DNA of 64,000 bases, from the NCBI RefSeq assembly GCF_009914755.1, contig NC_060931.1, one strand, 5' to 3'. The position numbers and the translations under genes were made by a program. Below are positions 39,451-53,875 of this stretch, one piece after another. Below the pieces are notes generated by a model. That model was not told the origin of the DNA and searched no databases. It was given only the letters and a program-made list of their open reading frames with translations. The first letter of the stretch is position 1. Every line of letters starts with the position of its first letter. Source of the DNA: the human T2T-CHM13v2.0 reference genome, Homo sapiens.

Positions 39451-41347
39451 TCAAAAAAAAAACAAAAAAACACAATTTCTAAGGAGGCCATTAGAACCCT
39501 CTACAGTCTGGCTCAAGGCACCTTTTTTGGTCATTAGAATGACTTTAGGATAGTAGCAGATAGGGAAAGCACAGAAAAATGAATGCCAAATTTAATCATC
39601 CAGCGAACAGACTGGCTGGATCTAATCAAGAGGGGAAGGAACCTGGGTGAGGTTACCAGAATTTCACCTACTTCATAACCAAATCAACAGATCCAACAAG
39701 AATTAAATAAGGCATCACGGGAATCTAATCTGTAGGGAAGGGTGTGGGGAGACCCTTGTGGAAACAGCATCTATGTGAAAGGGACTCGATGTGTTCACAG
39801 TGGTAGCAGAAGAATCTCTGTGTCTTGACTCTTAGCCAAAAATCTCCAGCCAAAACACAGCCTCCCCTGTTCTCCTGCAAAGGTAAGCCCAGTCCGTTTG
39901 GGGCAGTAACCTCAGTTTGCTCGGAATGGTAAATGTCATTTAATCCTAAGAAGGTTCTGCATTAAAGATGAGGATAGTAAAATAAATCAGATCTGCAGTA
40001 TTCATACTTTTGTGTTAACCTTGGTAATATTTTGTTTAATTTTGTATTTTCAATGTTTGTAAGATTTAGTATTTATCATATTAGAGAATCTGACAAGTTT
40101 CACGAAACAAGAGCCTTACTAAGTTTGATGTTCTCTGCCATTTTCTATTTCTTTAATGAAATGTTGGTAATGACCCACTAAGTTACTTATGTGTTTCATC
40201 AGTGGGTACTGGCCTGAGACCCTGATAATGGTTAAAAGTACAACTCTGAGGTCAGGCTGATGACTTTCAGATCTAGCTTATTGTCTGGGTTTGGGCAAGT
40301 AACCCCTATATGTCCTTGTTTCTTCATCTGTAAAATGGGATAATATTAGTAACTACCCAGGCCGGGCACAGTTGCACACCTGTAATCCCTGCACTTTAGG
40401 AGGCTAAGGTAGAACGGCTTGAGCCCAGGAGTTGGAGACCAGCCTGGGCAACAGGCATCTGCCTGTGGTCCCAGCTACTCAGGAGGCTGAGATGGGAGGA
40501 TTGCTTGAGCCCAGGATGAGACTGCAGTGAGCTGTGTTTGCGCCACTGTATTCCAGTCTGGGAGATACAGTGAGACCCTGTCTCAAAAGTTAAAAAAAAG
40601 GTAGTACCTACCTTGTGGGCTCTACTTGATAATTAAATGAGAAAGAAGATAATGTGCATAAAGGCTTCCACTAGGGCCTGACGCATCGTGAGCGCTCAAT
40701 AAACGTGGGGAGTACTGGGTGTGATGACAAAGGGTCTAATGCACCCAATCTTGGGAGATGAAAAAATGCTGCCTGGAGGCGATGGTATTAATGTTGGGAT
40801 CTGAAAGAATGGTAAGAATTATTCAGGTGAGGATTCAAGTAAGTGCATAGATGGTGTAGAGAGAAATGAAGTTATGGGCAAAGGGAACAGCCCTTGCAAC
40901 AGTTGTGAGGTGGCACAATTTCCAGGCTTAAATGACCTGAGAGCTTCCCAGTTTTGAGTGTAGCCTGAGAAATATCTGTGGCAGATGAGGTCAGAGATGG
41001 CAACAGGGATGAGATCACCAATGGCCCTGTAGCCACCTCAAAGAATTTTAGACTTTAACCTACGTGTTAATCAGATCTTTTTAAGAGTCTTAAACAGGGA
41101 AAAAACATGATTTTCTTTCTTGAAAGACCATTCAAGCTGTAGTGGATTTGGAGAGGGCAATTTCGGTGGCAGGGAGACCAAGAGGAGTCTACCGCAGTGT
41201 CTCTAGGAGAGATGACAGTAGCCTGAACCAGAGTAAGAACTGACAGGGAACAACAGTTTTAAAAATCTAATTGGGGCTGGGTGCAGTGGCTCACGGCTGT
41301 AATCCCAGCACTTTGGGAGGTTAAGGCAGGCAGATCACTTGAGCCTA

Positions 41348-41530
<183 letters not shown>

Positions 41531-42749
41531 CTAGGTAATAGAGTGAGAATCTGTCTCACAAACAAACACATCTAATTTAACATGGGGACTCCAGAGACAG
41601 AGGAAAGAGTAATGGATCATTTCCAGGTTTCTGGCTTGAGCACTTGGGTGGCTAGTGTTGGCACTCTCCTAGAAAACACTGGAGAAAAAGACATTCAATT
41701 TTTGGATATGTTGAATTTTGAGGTTAATAGAATCTTGAAAATTAAAGCTTCCTGATTTTGTTAATCCGTTTTCTGACACCCTTTAGCAATTCTTCAATGC
41801 AATGCTTTTCACATTATTATGTGCATAAGAATCACCAGGGGTGTGGAGATGGGGATGTGAAAATGCAGGTTCCTAGGCAAACAAGCCAAGATTCTGGATA
41901 CCAACTGGGTCCCAGGACTCAAAACAATCAGCCTGAGTAATTCTGATGGAGGGAGTCTCCTGACGACACTAAAAAAACAACAAAAACGACCCCTCTGCCG
42001 GGCATGGTGTCCTGTAATACCAGCACTTTGGGAGGCTGAGTCGGGAGGATCGCTTGGGCCCAGGAGTTCGAGACCAGCCTAGGCAACATAGGGTGACCAC
42101 CCACCCCCGTTTCTAAAAGTAAAAAAAAGACCCCTCGTGTGTCTCCACCGTTAGGTTGTTTTCCCACTGTCCACCCCTCCCTACTTCTCAGGCACCTGCT
42201 TGGGGGCCCCTATTGCTTCGAATAAGCTCCGTGGGAGCCAGGACTTTGTCTTGCTAACAGGTGCATCTTCAGCGCACTCAGAACAATATCTGGCACAGCA
42301 CGAGACCCCTAGAAATGTTCGCCGAACGATCGAATGGCTGAATACATTCATATGTTGCTTTGTACAAAAACTTGCTTTCAAATATCTGGGAAGAGTTAGA
42401 GATAGGAAAGCAGAGGTCATTTCAAAGAGAGAGAGTGAGGATACCACCGGGAAGGCAGCGCCGAAAAAACCAGAGGGGAACCACTTGCCGATCCCCCAGG
42501 CACAGTCTGGAGGTCCCAATTCCCGCGGTAGGGGGGCGAGAGATGCCACTCGTCTGATCAGCAACCATTTTGGGCCCGCTTGCGCCGCTTCTCCGGGGCG
42601 TCCGCGTTGTGCTCATCCAGTTGCTTTTGAGGTTCCGGCCCCCTCCAAACCTCTGAAGCGCTCCGTGCACGCGACGCGGCGGCGGGGTAAGCTGGAGCCC
42701 TCGCCGCGAGCCCTCTCCGCTGCCTGCCCGCAGCACAGCCGCGCCGACC

Positions 42750-42951
42750 TCCTCATCATGGCGGCGGCCGGGCGGGGAAGCCGGGCCGTGCGTCGCGTGC
42801 GTGCCCTCTCCCTCCCCTCCCCCTCCTCGGCGGCGGCGGCGGCGGCAGAAGCGGCAGCGCTCGCCATTGCCGCTGGTGGCAGGAGGCTGCGAGGAGCCGG
42901 CGCGGTCGCAGTCTCCACGGCGCAGGCCCACGGTAGCGCAGCCGCTCTGAG
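42750..42951 (+). other. Probable first exon of an unidentified gene (start approximate)
   Basis: Within the CpG island; ends at consensus donor GAG|GTGAGT (42951/42952); followed by T-rich, intron-like sequence to the window end. Confidence 0.8.
42828..42845 (+). repeat. (CGG)6 trinucleotide repeat in the putative exon 1
   Basis: Read directly, followed by CAG AAG CGG CAG. Confidence 0.95.
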
Positions 42952-44734
42952 GTGAGTGCCCTACCGCGCAATCTCCAGCTATTTCAGCCCCGGCGCAGCC
43001 GCAACACGCCGCCCGCCCGCCGGCCGGCCGGCCCGCCCCGCAGCCGGCACCCTGCCGCCCCCGGCTCTGGGCCTGGGCCCCCGCCGGATTCGGCCCGCCT
43101 CGGGCGGGGGGCCCCGGCCCGGCCCAGCCAAACCGCCACCCCGAGGATGCGCAGGCCGCACTAGGCCCCAGGCGTCCTGGCGGGCTCGGGAGGGAGGCGC
43201 TGCCCTCCCGAGAGCCCCAGGGTTCCGGCCTCCTCCGCCGCCTGGGGCTCTCGGGGCCGCGGCCTTCTCCCCGCCGTGGAACCCGGGGCCCGGCCTTCCC
43301 GCAGCTCGGGAGCGGGAGGCGCGGGAGAGTGCGCCGGGCCCGGGAGCGGGAGGTGGGCGGGCTGCGCGGGACCGGAGCCGCGGCTCTCGGCTCGCCCCCT
43401 CGGCCCTTCCCGGCTCTCGTACGCGGGCGGGCGGCGCGGTGGGGCCGGGCTGGGGCGCGGGAGCCGCTGTCTCCTGCGGGAGAGGAGGCTGGCTCTTTGG
43501 GCGACCTCCGAAGCTTCCCTCCTGCCGGGGTGGCGTGGGCTTGTTACCCAGGTAGACTGGGGGACGCTGGAATATGGCGCGTTGCCCACCTTCTTGCAAG
43601 TTAGGAGGTGGCCGGGGCGGCAGTTCGAGGAGGAGGGCGCAAAGTCCTTTTGTACGCAGAAATAAGGAGCGACATTGTGTTTTCTTCCCCAGCTGAGATG
43701 TGCCCGCGGAGGGGCCGCGGTTCTTCCTGTGCCTGGGGTGGTGGTCCCCTGGGTGAGGGAGAGGGGGAGTGGCACGCCCCTCCGAAGGAACAGAACCTTT
43801 TGCCACTGGAAAGACAGGGGCTCTGAGATGGCCGTGTGCATGGTATTTTCCCATATCCCCAGACCTTTTCGGGTTTGTCATTGAATGTTGTGCACTCCAT
43901 CGTGCAATGATGTCTGCTGCCTCTCTCACCTGTTGTGTCGTGGCTGCTGGTCCCAAAGTTTCTGCAGTGTATTTGGCTGTGCCCACCAGAACTTGAAGTT
44001 GTTTAAAAATCTTAATACTTGGGGGGCTTCCAGTGATATCTGCTCCAACCAGTTGGAGGAGCTGTTGCCTGCTCTCCATTCTTCTTAAGCATTAGATTAG
44101 AATATATTAATTGCTTATTTTAGAGCTGGTATCAATCGTGCTGATTTCTTTATGTGGTCAGAGCAAAATTCACATTTTTTTAAGTGTTCAGAGACTGCGT
44201 ATTGAGAGACGCATAAGGAGAAAGGTAGTGTGAGTGAGCCTGTCAGCTTGGGCAGTGTTGGGCAGAGCTTTTGTCCCGGGACATCATCTGTGCTCACAGT
44301 GATCCTTTTTCCCATTCCATCTCAGCCTAGCCTTTTAAAAAATTATTTTTCCTTTGGGCTTGACCAGTAAGTAATTGGGAAAGGGGGGTGCTGGAGTCTT
44401 GGAGATGCTGTTTGTGTGTGTGTGTGTGTTTGATTCATTAGTATCCCGACTCCCTAAAATTGTATTTGACAGTTCTTGACAGGTTACCCCGTAAGACAGT
44501 GAAAATATGACTAGTTCTCTCCGTGCATCTGAGTGTAATTTCCTTATTTTATGAGTCCGAAAGCAGACATAATTATCACATGCAATGTAGAATATTTATT
44601 CTTAACTTGGATCCTAAATTGTGGGCAGAATTTTTTTGTGTCAAGGGGTTTTTTTTTCTTTTGATAGGACTTAGTGGCTTTCAACAGGGCCCATGACCAA
44701 AAAAAACAATAATCAGATTAAGAAAACTCTTTAC

Positions 44735-45058
44735 GGCCGGGTGCGGTGGCTCACACCTGTAATCCCAGCACTTTGGGAGGCCGAGGCGGGGTGGATCACC
44801 TGAGGTCAGGAGTTCGAGACCAGCCTGGCCAACATGGTGAAAGCCCATCTCTGTTAAAAATACAAAAATTAGCTGGGCGTGGTGGCAGGCGCCAGTAATC
44901 CCAGCTGCTGGGAGGGGCGGGGGCGGGGGCTGCCGAGGCAAGAGAATCGCTTGAACCTGGGAGGCAGAAGTTGCAGTGAGCCGAGATGGAGATCGCGCCA
45001 TTGCACTCCAGCCCGGGGGACAAGAGCGAGACTTCATCTAAAAAAACAAAAACAAAAA
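44735..45058 (+). mobile_element. AluS with a G-rich insertion in the right arm
   Basis: Dimer with GGGAGGGGCGGGGGCGGGGG at 44910-44929; TSD-like AAAACTCT. Confidence 0.92.
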
Positions 45059-45229
45059 CTCTGCTTAATCTTTTGGCCCATCCTTATTTGAAGTCCTTTA
45101 ATTTCCTCACACAGCCTCAAACTCGACATACAGGAGGGAAAATGACTTTTTGCTTAGTAGTCAGTGGTCATAGTCTCCTGTAACAAAGAAAAGTTCTTAT
45201 CCCCAAGTCGGCAATTTTTGTGGAAATAG

Positions 45230-45535
<306 letters not shown>

Positions 45536-45560
45536 AATAATTTTCTTATAAAAATATGTA

Positions 45561-45601
<41 letters not shown>

Positions 45602-47350
45602 ATACATATATATAATTTTTTTTTTTAAGTTAGAGATGGGGATCTTGCTATGTTGCCTAAGCTGGCCTTGAACTCCTGGGCTCAAGGAATGCACCCACCT
45701 CAGCCTCCCCAGTAGCTGAGACTATAGGCAAGTGCCACCATGCTGGCAGTGGCTTCATAACATGTTTCAAGGAAATTTAGCTCCTGTGTTAAGAGAAGGA
45801 GCTATAGAAGTAGAAGATAATGAGGGCCCTTGTCCAGATATAGAAGGTTTAAAGGAGAAAGGATTTCAGGTTTCCTTCTGAATTCCTGTGTATGTCGTTA
45901 GGACCCCAAATTGTAGGTTTTTTGTTTTATTAAACGATAATTATGCACTTGTCTAATTTTGTTAGGGAACCGAAGGCCAACTTCCCATGATTTAAATACC
46001 TGAATTTGCATTGCCTGCACACTGTAGGTTCAACCAAATCTCTGGGTTGTCTTTAGAAGCATTTTATGTAAATAATCACGAATGAGTGACTTGTTTTAAG
46101 GGAAATTTAAGCTCCTGTGGTCTGGGATTAAATTTTTATGCCTTTTCTTGTATGGAATAAGGCATTCAGTAAAGTTGAAGAATAATAACAATGAACAGTA
46201 ATTACTGAAATTAAAATTTTTCCCTGAGTATTTGAAAAGGCATGCTGATTTTTTGGTTTCTGGAGGAACTATGAACTGTCAGTCTTTAGAAACAGTCTAC
46301 AGTCCTACCTCAACAGGAAGTTAATGTATACATTCAGCTTCTGTCAGATGTCTTTAGACAAGCCTGTTGCTTCATGCTGAAGCAGGCTTATTCATTCACA
46401 CTGTGCCACTGTGAAAAATTGAAGGGTGAGGGGAAACTCCCTGGGCTGTTGAATTTCACAAATGTCTACTTTAACCTCAAGAGTTTAGATGCGCCCTTTC
46501 TGGGCCAGTAATCATCTAGGAAATGGGATATCTGAATTTAGATGTTTGTGTGTGACTATGTGTGATGCTTATTAATATGTATATATAGAGTATTTGGAAA
46601 ATCAATCTTAAAATGCAAATCTTTGATTTTGTAAAAAACATTTCAGGAAATGTTCTATACTAAAATACATTTTCTTTATGTTCTTTCATGTTTTCCTTGA
46701 TAGCTAAAGCTAGTGTTTTCAGCCTGAGCTTACCCAAATATAATTTTCCATGAATGCTTAGTAAAACAGCAATGAAAAAGGAATCCACTTGTTATTTTAG
46801 AAACATTTTATTTAGACCAAGTCCAATGTTTTTTGAGTCTCAAGATACATGTTAATTTTTGTGCCTTGTGTATCATATTTCCTTCCTTATTAACTAGAGG
46901 GTGGATTACCCACTTTCTTGGGTTTTCAGTTAGTACTTTTATCCATCAGTTTTCTACTAAGGTAAACAGACTGGAAGATAAATAGTAAAAGGAGGTGAAA
47001 CAAATGAATTTCAGGTGTTTCCAGGAGATTAAAACCATATTGAGCTATTGGAAACTTTTAATCCTCAAGCAACAACAATGCTTTGTTTGAAGTTATTTTA
47101 GTGCAATATGGACAAAACTTGGGAAAGGAATTTTTGACTGCTCAAGAAAAATAAGTGGATTGCTTATACCTTAGAATATATATATATACACACACACATA
47201 TATATATTTTTTATTTTTTCAAAAGTGCACTTCAGAATTGGGCTAATGTATTTTCAGCCCAACTTAATGCAGTGTAGTTAGCAAAACATCCAAAAGGCTT
47301 CATCATGTTGTGGTCTTTAGGCCTAAAATGTTTTAAAATGTGAACATTTA

Positions 47351-47647
<297 letters not shown>

Positions 47648-49852
47648 TCACTTGAACTTAGGAGTTTGAGGTTGCAGTGAGCATAATCATGCCATTGTGT
47701 TCCTGCCTGGGCGACAGTGCGACCGTGTTTCTTAAAAAAAACTAGTTGCTGTTAAGGTAGGCCTACCACATTTGTAATCTCTTGAGGCAAATCTGTGTTG
47801 TTTCTCTAAGAGCAGTCACTTAGAAGATAATCTGACAGTAAGGAATGGTCTACTGAATCCCAGATCTGGTAGTCTGCCTTGCCCAATCACAACATAGTTT
47901 GTGTAAAACTCCAACTGCTACTGAACCATCAGATAATTTCTTGAGGAAGCCGTTTCTCTTAAGGAGAAGTGTGTGTGTGTTGGAGGGAGTGTTGGTGGGG
48001 AGAAGAGGGGTAAAGAGAAGATGATACTAGTAAAATAATCTAGTTTTGTAGGTTGGGATGATCACTGGAATTTTTTAGGGGAAATATTCTCAAAAAAAGT
48101 TGTAAGAGCTACTTTTGTATGGGTTATCAGTTTGGTGATTTAGACTATAGTAATTGCATTGTTTAATATGCATTGTATTTCGATTAATTCATGCATGCTG
48201 ATTTCTGTGGTAACAAATGTGAAAAGTTTGGCTGATGGCTTAAGTGGACATTTTCTTAAGAACTCTTTAAGTGGTGCCTGTTGGGATAAACTATGCCAAG
48301 CCATTTTCTGAATCTTCATGAAGAATGAGCTTTGTATGCATATATATTAAGACAGTTTTTTTTAAAAAGAGCATGTATTTTACTGTTGGTAATTGTAAAG
48401 TTTTTGCTTTTTAGAACTTTAAGAGTCCGTTTTGTTGCTGCTACTGAATGCTAATGTGGTTAGGCTGGCAGCTAAACCTACAAAGAACAAGGGGAAATGA
48501 GGAAATGTCCCAATGAAACATTGCTTAAAACTGTTTGCGCAGTGGACTAGAAATGGGGAGTTGGGGACTAGGGGACCTGATTCTTGTTTTATGTTCAAAG
48601 GAGAGTGAAGCATTCTCTCCATTAAGAAATAACCTCCTTAAGTGTATTCTCACTTTGGAGTTTTGCCACTCATTCATTCACCTGACGATGATTAAAGATA
48701 TACCACATTCTGGGCATGTACTAGGTGCTAGAGTAACAAATCTTGGGCCTTGTCGTGTAGAGCAGAAAGGTATGGGCTCAACTAGCTATGTTACAACTTC
48801 TGGAGAACCAAAATAGAGCAAACAAAGAGTGGTGTGGGATTATAGGAGGAGGGAGAAATTCCTTCTAGGGAGAGGAGAATGATACACAGAGAAAAGTGAG
48901 GTTAGGGAAGACTTTTCACATAGGGGAAGTTTGAGTAGGACTTGGAAGGGGGAGTAGCTGCATTACTGATGGAGAAGAGGGGCTGAGAGGAAGGGCATCA
49001 GTAGTCTGATTTGAGAACTAGCAAGTGGATTTTGCTCGACTTGGAGAATAGTGGAAAGTGAAACTGATAAGGTTGTGGCCATATTGGGAAGAGTTTGTAA
49101 TTCCATGCTCATGAGTGTGAACTTTATTCTATAGGCATTTAGGGACCATAAGAGGTTTGAGTAGGACATCCACTATGGTTTTTAAAAAGATGACATGTAA
49201 AGATTTGACTAGAGACTTGTGAGAGTATTGAATTGTGATGTAAAAGGACATCGATTCTGGGGATAATTTTTACTTCACAGTTGTCAGATTTGAGTGACAA
49301 TTGAGTAAAGAGTTAAAGATTATAGTGTGGTTATTGGGTGATGATGATGCCTTTAAGATAGGGAATGTATAGGAAGAACAGAATTTGAGGAGGAAGGTAA
49401 TAGAGTATGACTCCAGATGTGTTAAGATATCTGGGAATCAAGAAAGGTCAAGTAAGTACCTGGGTATTTGGGCTGGAGCTCAAGGGGACATTGGGATAAA
49501 TTAGGGGATTTGCATTCATCAGTATAATGCCATATAGAAACTGCAGAAAGCCAGGCATGGTGCCTCACACCTGTAATCCTAACACTTTAGGAGGCCAAGG
49601 CAGAGGATCACTTAAGGCCAGGAGTTCAAAACCAGTCTGGGCAACGTTGTGAGACCCTGTTTCTACAAAAATTTAAAAAATTTGTCAGGTATAGTGGTAG
49701 CCACCTGTGGTCTCAGCTACTCGGGAGGCTGAGGCTGGAGTATGACTTGAGCCCAGGAGTTTGAGGCTGTAGCAAGCTATGATAGGGCCACTGCACTCCA
49801 GCTTGGGTGTCAGTGTAAGACCCTGTCTATAAAAAAGAAAGAGAAAATAGTA

Positions 49853-50200
49853 CAGATTGAGTATCCTTTATCCAAAATGCTTAGGACCAGAAGTGTTTTG
49901 GAGTTTTTTTTGACTTTGTAATGTTGGTATACATATAATGAGATACCCTGGAGATAGGGCCCAAATCTAAACTTGAAATTCATTTGTGTTTCATATACAT
50001 CTTACAACCTGGATGCAGTTTTATACAATATTTTAAATAATTTTGTGCAGGAAACAAAGTTTTGATTCCATTCTGACTGCAACATGTCACCTGAGGTCAG
50101 GTGTGGAATTTTCCACTTGTGGCATCATGTCAACACTCAGAAAGTTTCAGATTTTGGAGCATTTCAGATTTTAAACTTTTGGATTAGGAATGCTTAACCA
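49853..50200 (+). mobile_element. TcMar-Tigger MITE (Tigger4/MER46-like)
   Basis: TIR-like ends CAGATTGAGTATCCTTTATCCAAAA and TTTTGGATTAGGAATGCTTAACC, flanked by TA. Confidence 0.85.
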
Positions 50201-50522
50201 TATCAGGAGTGAAGAAAAAAAACTAAGGGCAACCTTGAAGAGCATCTACATCTGAGGGTCAAGTAGAAGAATAGAAACCTATGAAGTAAGTTGAGAAAGA
50301 ATGGCTAAACAGATAAGGTTATAGGGTTGAAGAAGCTGAAGAGAGGGATTAAGTGAATACTGACAGGGAAGTTAGCCGTGTGAAATACCACAGAGTTCAT
50401 TGGTTTGGAGGGCAATGCCGGAGGATCGCTTGAACCCAGCACTTCAAGACCAGCCTGAGCAACATAGCAAGACCTCGTATCTATTAAAAAAAAAAAAATC
50501 ATTGGGATAAAAACTGGACTTG

Positions 50523-50587
50523 GCATACGTATATATATATATATATATATATATACATACACACACACACACACACACATATATATA

Positions 50588-50638
<51 letters not shown>

Positions 50639-50642
50639 GTAT
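50523..50642. repeat. Compound (TA)n(CA)n(TA)n(TG)n(TA)n microsatellite
   Basis: Read directly; ~120 bp of uninterrupted purine-pyrimidine alternation. Confidence 0.95.
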
Positions 50643-51537
50643 TGTTTTGCTGGGAACCATGATAGTTTAGACAGAATAGATTTCTAGAGCATTACTAAAT
50701 TCAGGGGTAGGTCCTACAGAATCTAACTTAGTAGAAGACCCATGCTTAGAAATAGGTCCTGTTCTTCCATGTCTCTCTGCAATGGGAGTTGCAGCTTAAA
50801 TGCTTTGGGAGATGACCCCCAATGACAAGGCTGCCTAAAAATCTCCATATTGTTTGGGTTGTTTTTTTTTTTTTTTGCCTCTTTTACATTGTCTTAAATT
50901 CTGAGAATTGGAGATTTCATTTGAGTTGACAGTGTCTTAAAATACAAATAACCTCTTGCAGAGTTTTGAGGTTTTATGATATTAATATGTTAAGTATGGG
51001 GGTTTTTAACCTGGGGTTTTCTGGTTCTGGGGTTTATATATTTTGGCTGTGTGACCCTGAATCCCTTAAAATTGTATGAAAAGTTATGTGTGAGTGCATG
51101 TGTGATTTTTCTGGGGAGAGGGTCCACAACATTTATGAGATTTTTCAAGGGGGCTGTTGACACACAGAAAAGTCAAGGGCCTTTACTAAATGTTAATGAT
51201 TAAATCAAGTGTTGGTTGTGTTCGTTGGCTGAAATCAGTTATCTCAACAAGTGAGACAGATCAAGGGAAAGAAATCTTGAGTAGGTGTCTCAGGTGAAGA
51301 ACTTTGGAAAGATACGAGGAACTTCTTAGAAATGGGAGTAGGAGCACCAGAAGGAAGGTAGGAGGAATGCCAAAGCAAAGCTTAACCGATTTCAGAATTT
51401 TGTCAAGTCTCTGGATTGCTTGGTTTTTTTATACTCTAGGACTGACACTTAGTATATGTTTATTCATGCACTGTAGATACAGTAGGCTTTATGGGGTAGG
51501 GGAATCAAATCACTTTTTTTTTTTTTTTTTGAGATAG

Positions 51538-51746
<209 letters not shown>

Positions 51747-53671
51747 TGATCCGCCCGCCTTGGCCTCCCAAAGTGCTGGGATTACAGGCGTGAGCCACCG
51801 CACTGGGCCCAAATTACTATTGTTTTAAAGGGAAAGTGTTTTGAAAGAAAACAAATTGATAGATTGTGCTTGTTGGAAAAAAATTTTTCTACCAAGCTGG
51901 CTCATCTGTCAGAAAAAATTCATTTTTAAGTTAGGTGTTGCTTATGCTTTGGAAAAAATTTTAAATGCACAAATATTTCAGTCTAGTGATATGGGGCAAG
52001 ACATTTATTTTCTCCTTGCAAATTTTTTCTGACCATGAAATGAAAATACCGTTGATGGTTTTTGTAGTGTCTTTCTGAAATATGACGATTATGGAATACT
52101 TTGAGATCCAGGATGATTTAATGCTAAGAAATTGCTGGCATTCACATTTCTAAAGTCGTGAATAAAATTAAGAAATTCAAGCACATTATGTGTTCACTAG
52201 ATCTTACTTGATTTCCAAAATATTTCTTTTTGAAATTTTAGATAATTGGTAATTTTTACTTCCTTCTGCTAATCTTTGCATCTTTGAAATTAGATTAGGA
52301 GGCAGTTTTGTCAGCTAGGCCCTAGTTTCTGGGGCAGTGATATCCATACTTTTGCTTGCCACCCTCAAAATAAATTAATGCCACTTGGGATTAATTTGTG
52401 ATTTTTCTGGGGAGAGGGTCTACAACTTTTATTTATTTTACCAGTAGTCTTGGTAAATACAAGAATGATATGAATAAATATGTTGGGTAATCTTAAACTT
52501 GTGTTATGTGATTTGTAATTAGCTTGTGTTTGTGGATGATCTTTACATTCAGTAAATCTCCAAAGAGGGCCCAGATAGAATGGAGTATTTTGTCTTTTCC
52601 TTTGGGAACTTTTTTTGGTTCTTTCTTTCATTAAACAATTATGAAATAAAATTTTTGGTAACAGATCTTCCATGTAAAAATAGCCCACAAATCAAAGAAC
52701 TAGCCAAGATTTGCTAAGTAAGAACACATCATGGAATACCATCATAGAACTAGTCTCTTACCCCAAAACTAGCTGTAGGTGCTAAGTCTAAAGAAGAAGT
52801 AATTCTGATATGTTACCAGAATTATGTGGTAATGCGACTGAGTGTTAAAATTGTTGTCTTCTTTAATTTTTGGCTCTATTATTTTAAAAGTTTTTCTCCA
52901 TAGAATTTTTTTTTTTTTTTTTTGAGATACTATCTCGCTCTGTCGCCCGGGCTGGAGTGCAGTGGCATGATCTTGGCTCACTGTAACTTCCGCCTCTCGG
53001 GTTCAAGCGATTATCCTGCCTCAGCCTCCTGAGTAGCTGGGATTACAGGCACCCGCCACCATGCCGGGCTAATTTTTGTGTTTTTAGTAGAGACAGGGTT
53101 TCACCATGTTGGTCAGGCTGGTCTAGAACTCACGACCTTGTAATCTGCCCGCCTCGGCCTCCCAAAGTGCTGGGATTACAGGTGTGAGCCACCGTGACCG
53201 GCCGAAATGTATTTATAGTGAAAAATTTAGAAGAAAAGCACCCCCCATTAGTGGTTGTCTTTGGTCTATAAGCTTATTAGGTGATTTTCATGTTCTTTCT
53301 TATACCTTCCATTGTTTTTCAAGTTATCCTTAATGAAAATGCATTAGCGTTTACGAGCAGAAAAAATAAACATAAATACAGATAACACAATTATGGCCCT
53401 AATGACTTCACTGTCAGATTTTGGATAGGCAAGTTACTTATCTTTACTGGGCTTTTTCCCCATTTGAAAAATGAGGAGGACAGAAATGATATTTAAATTT
53501 TCTTCTAAATTAAAATTTCTTCCAAAATCGATTCTAAGTCCGTGTTACATGTTAAACAATAAATATATTTTTCTCTTAATGGAAAAAGCTATGTCATGTT
53601 CATTGTAGAAAAACAGAAGAAAATTAAAGATAATTCTACAATGCAAAGATACTTTAATATGCATGGTTTAG

Positions 53672-53875
<204 letters not shown>

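Larger units (their letters stand above)
42450..43850. promoter_or_regulatory. CpG island / promoter of a + strand gene
   Basis: Very high GC and CpG density against a CpG-depleted background; GC boxes; YY1-like ATGGCGGC and CCATTTTG. Confidence 0.95.

Noticed and set aside
42750-42951. Gene symbol for the CpG-island gene
   Set aside because: No recognisable coding exon in the window, so identity cannot be supported
42979-44079. 366-aa minus-strand ORF and other long ORFs overlapping the CpG island
   Set aside because: Low-complexity P/G/R/A products expected from stop-codon scarcity in GC-rich DNA; no recognisable domain
46360-46389. Small hairpin AAGCCTG-TTG-CTTCA-TGC-TGAAG-CAGGCTT
   Set aside because: Too short for a pre-miRNA and expected by chance in 64 kb
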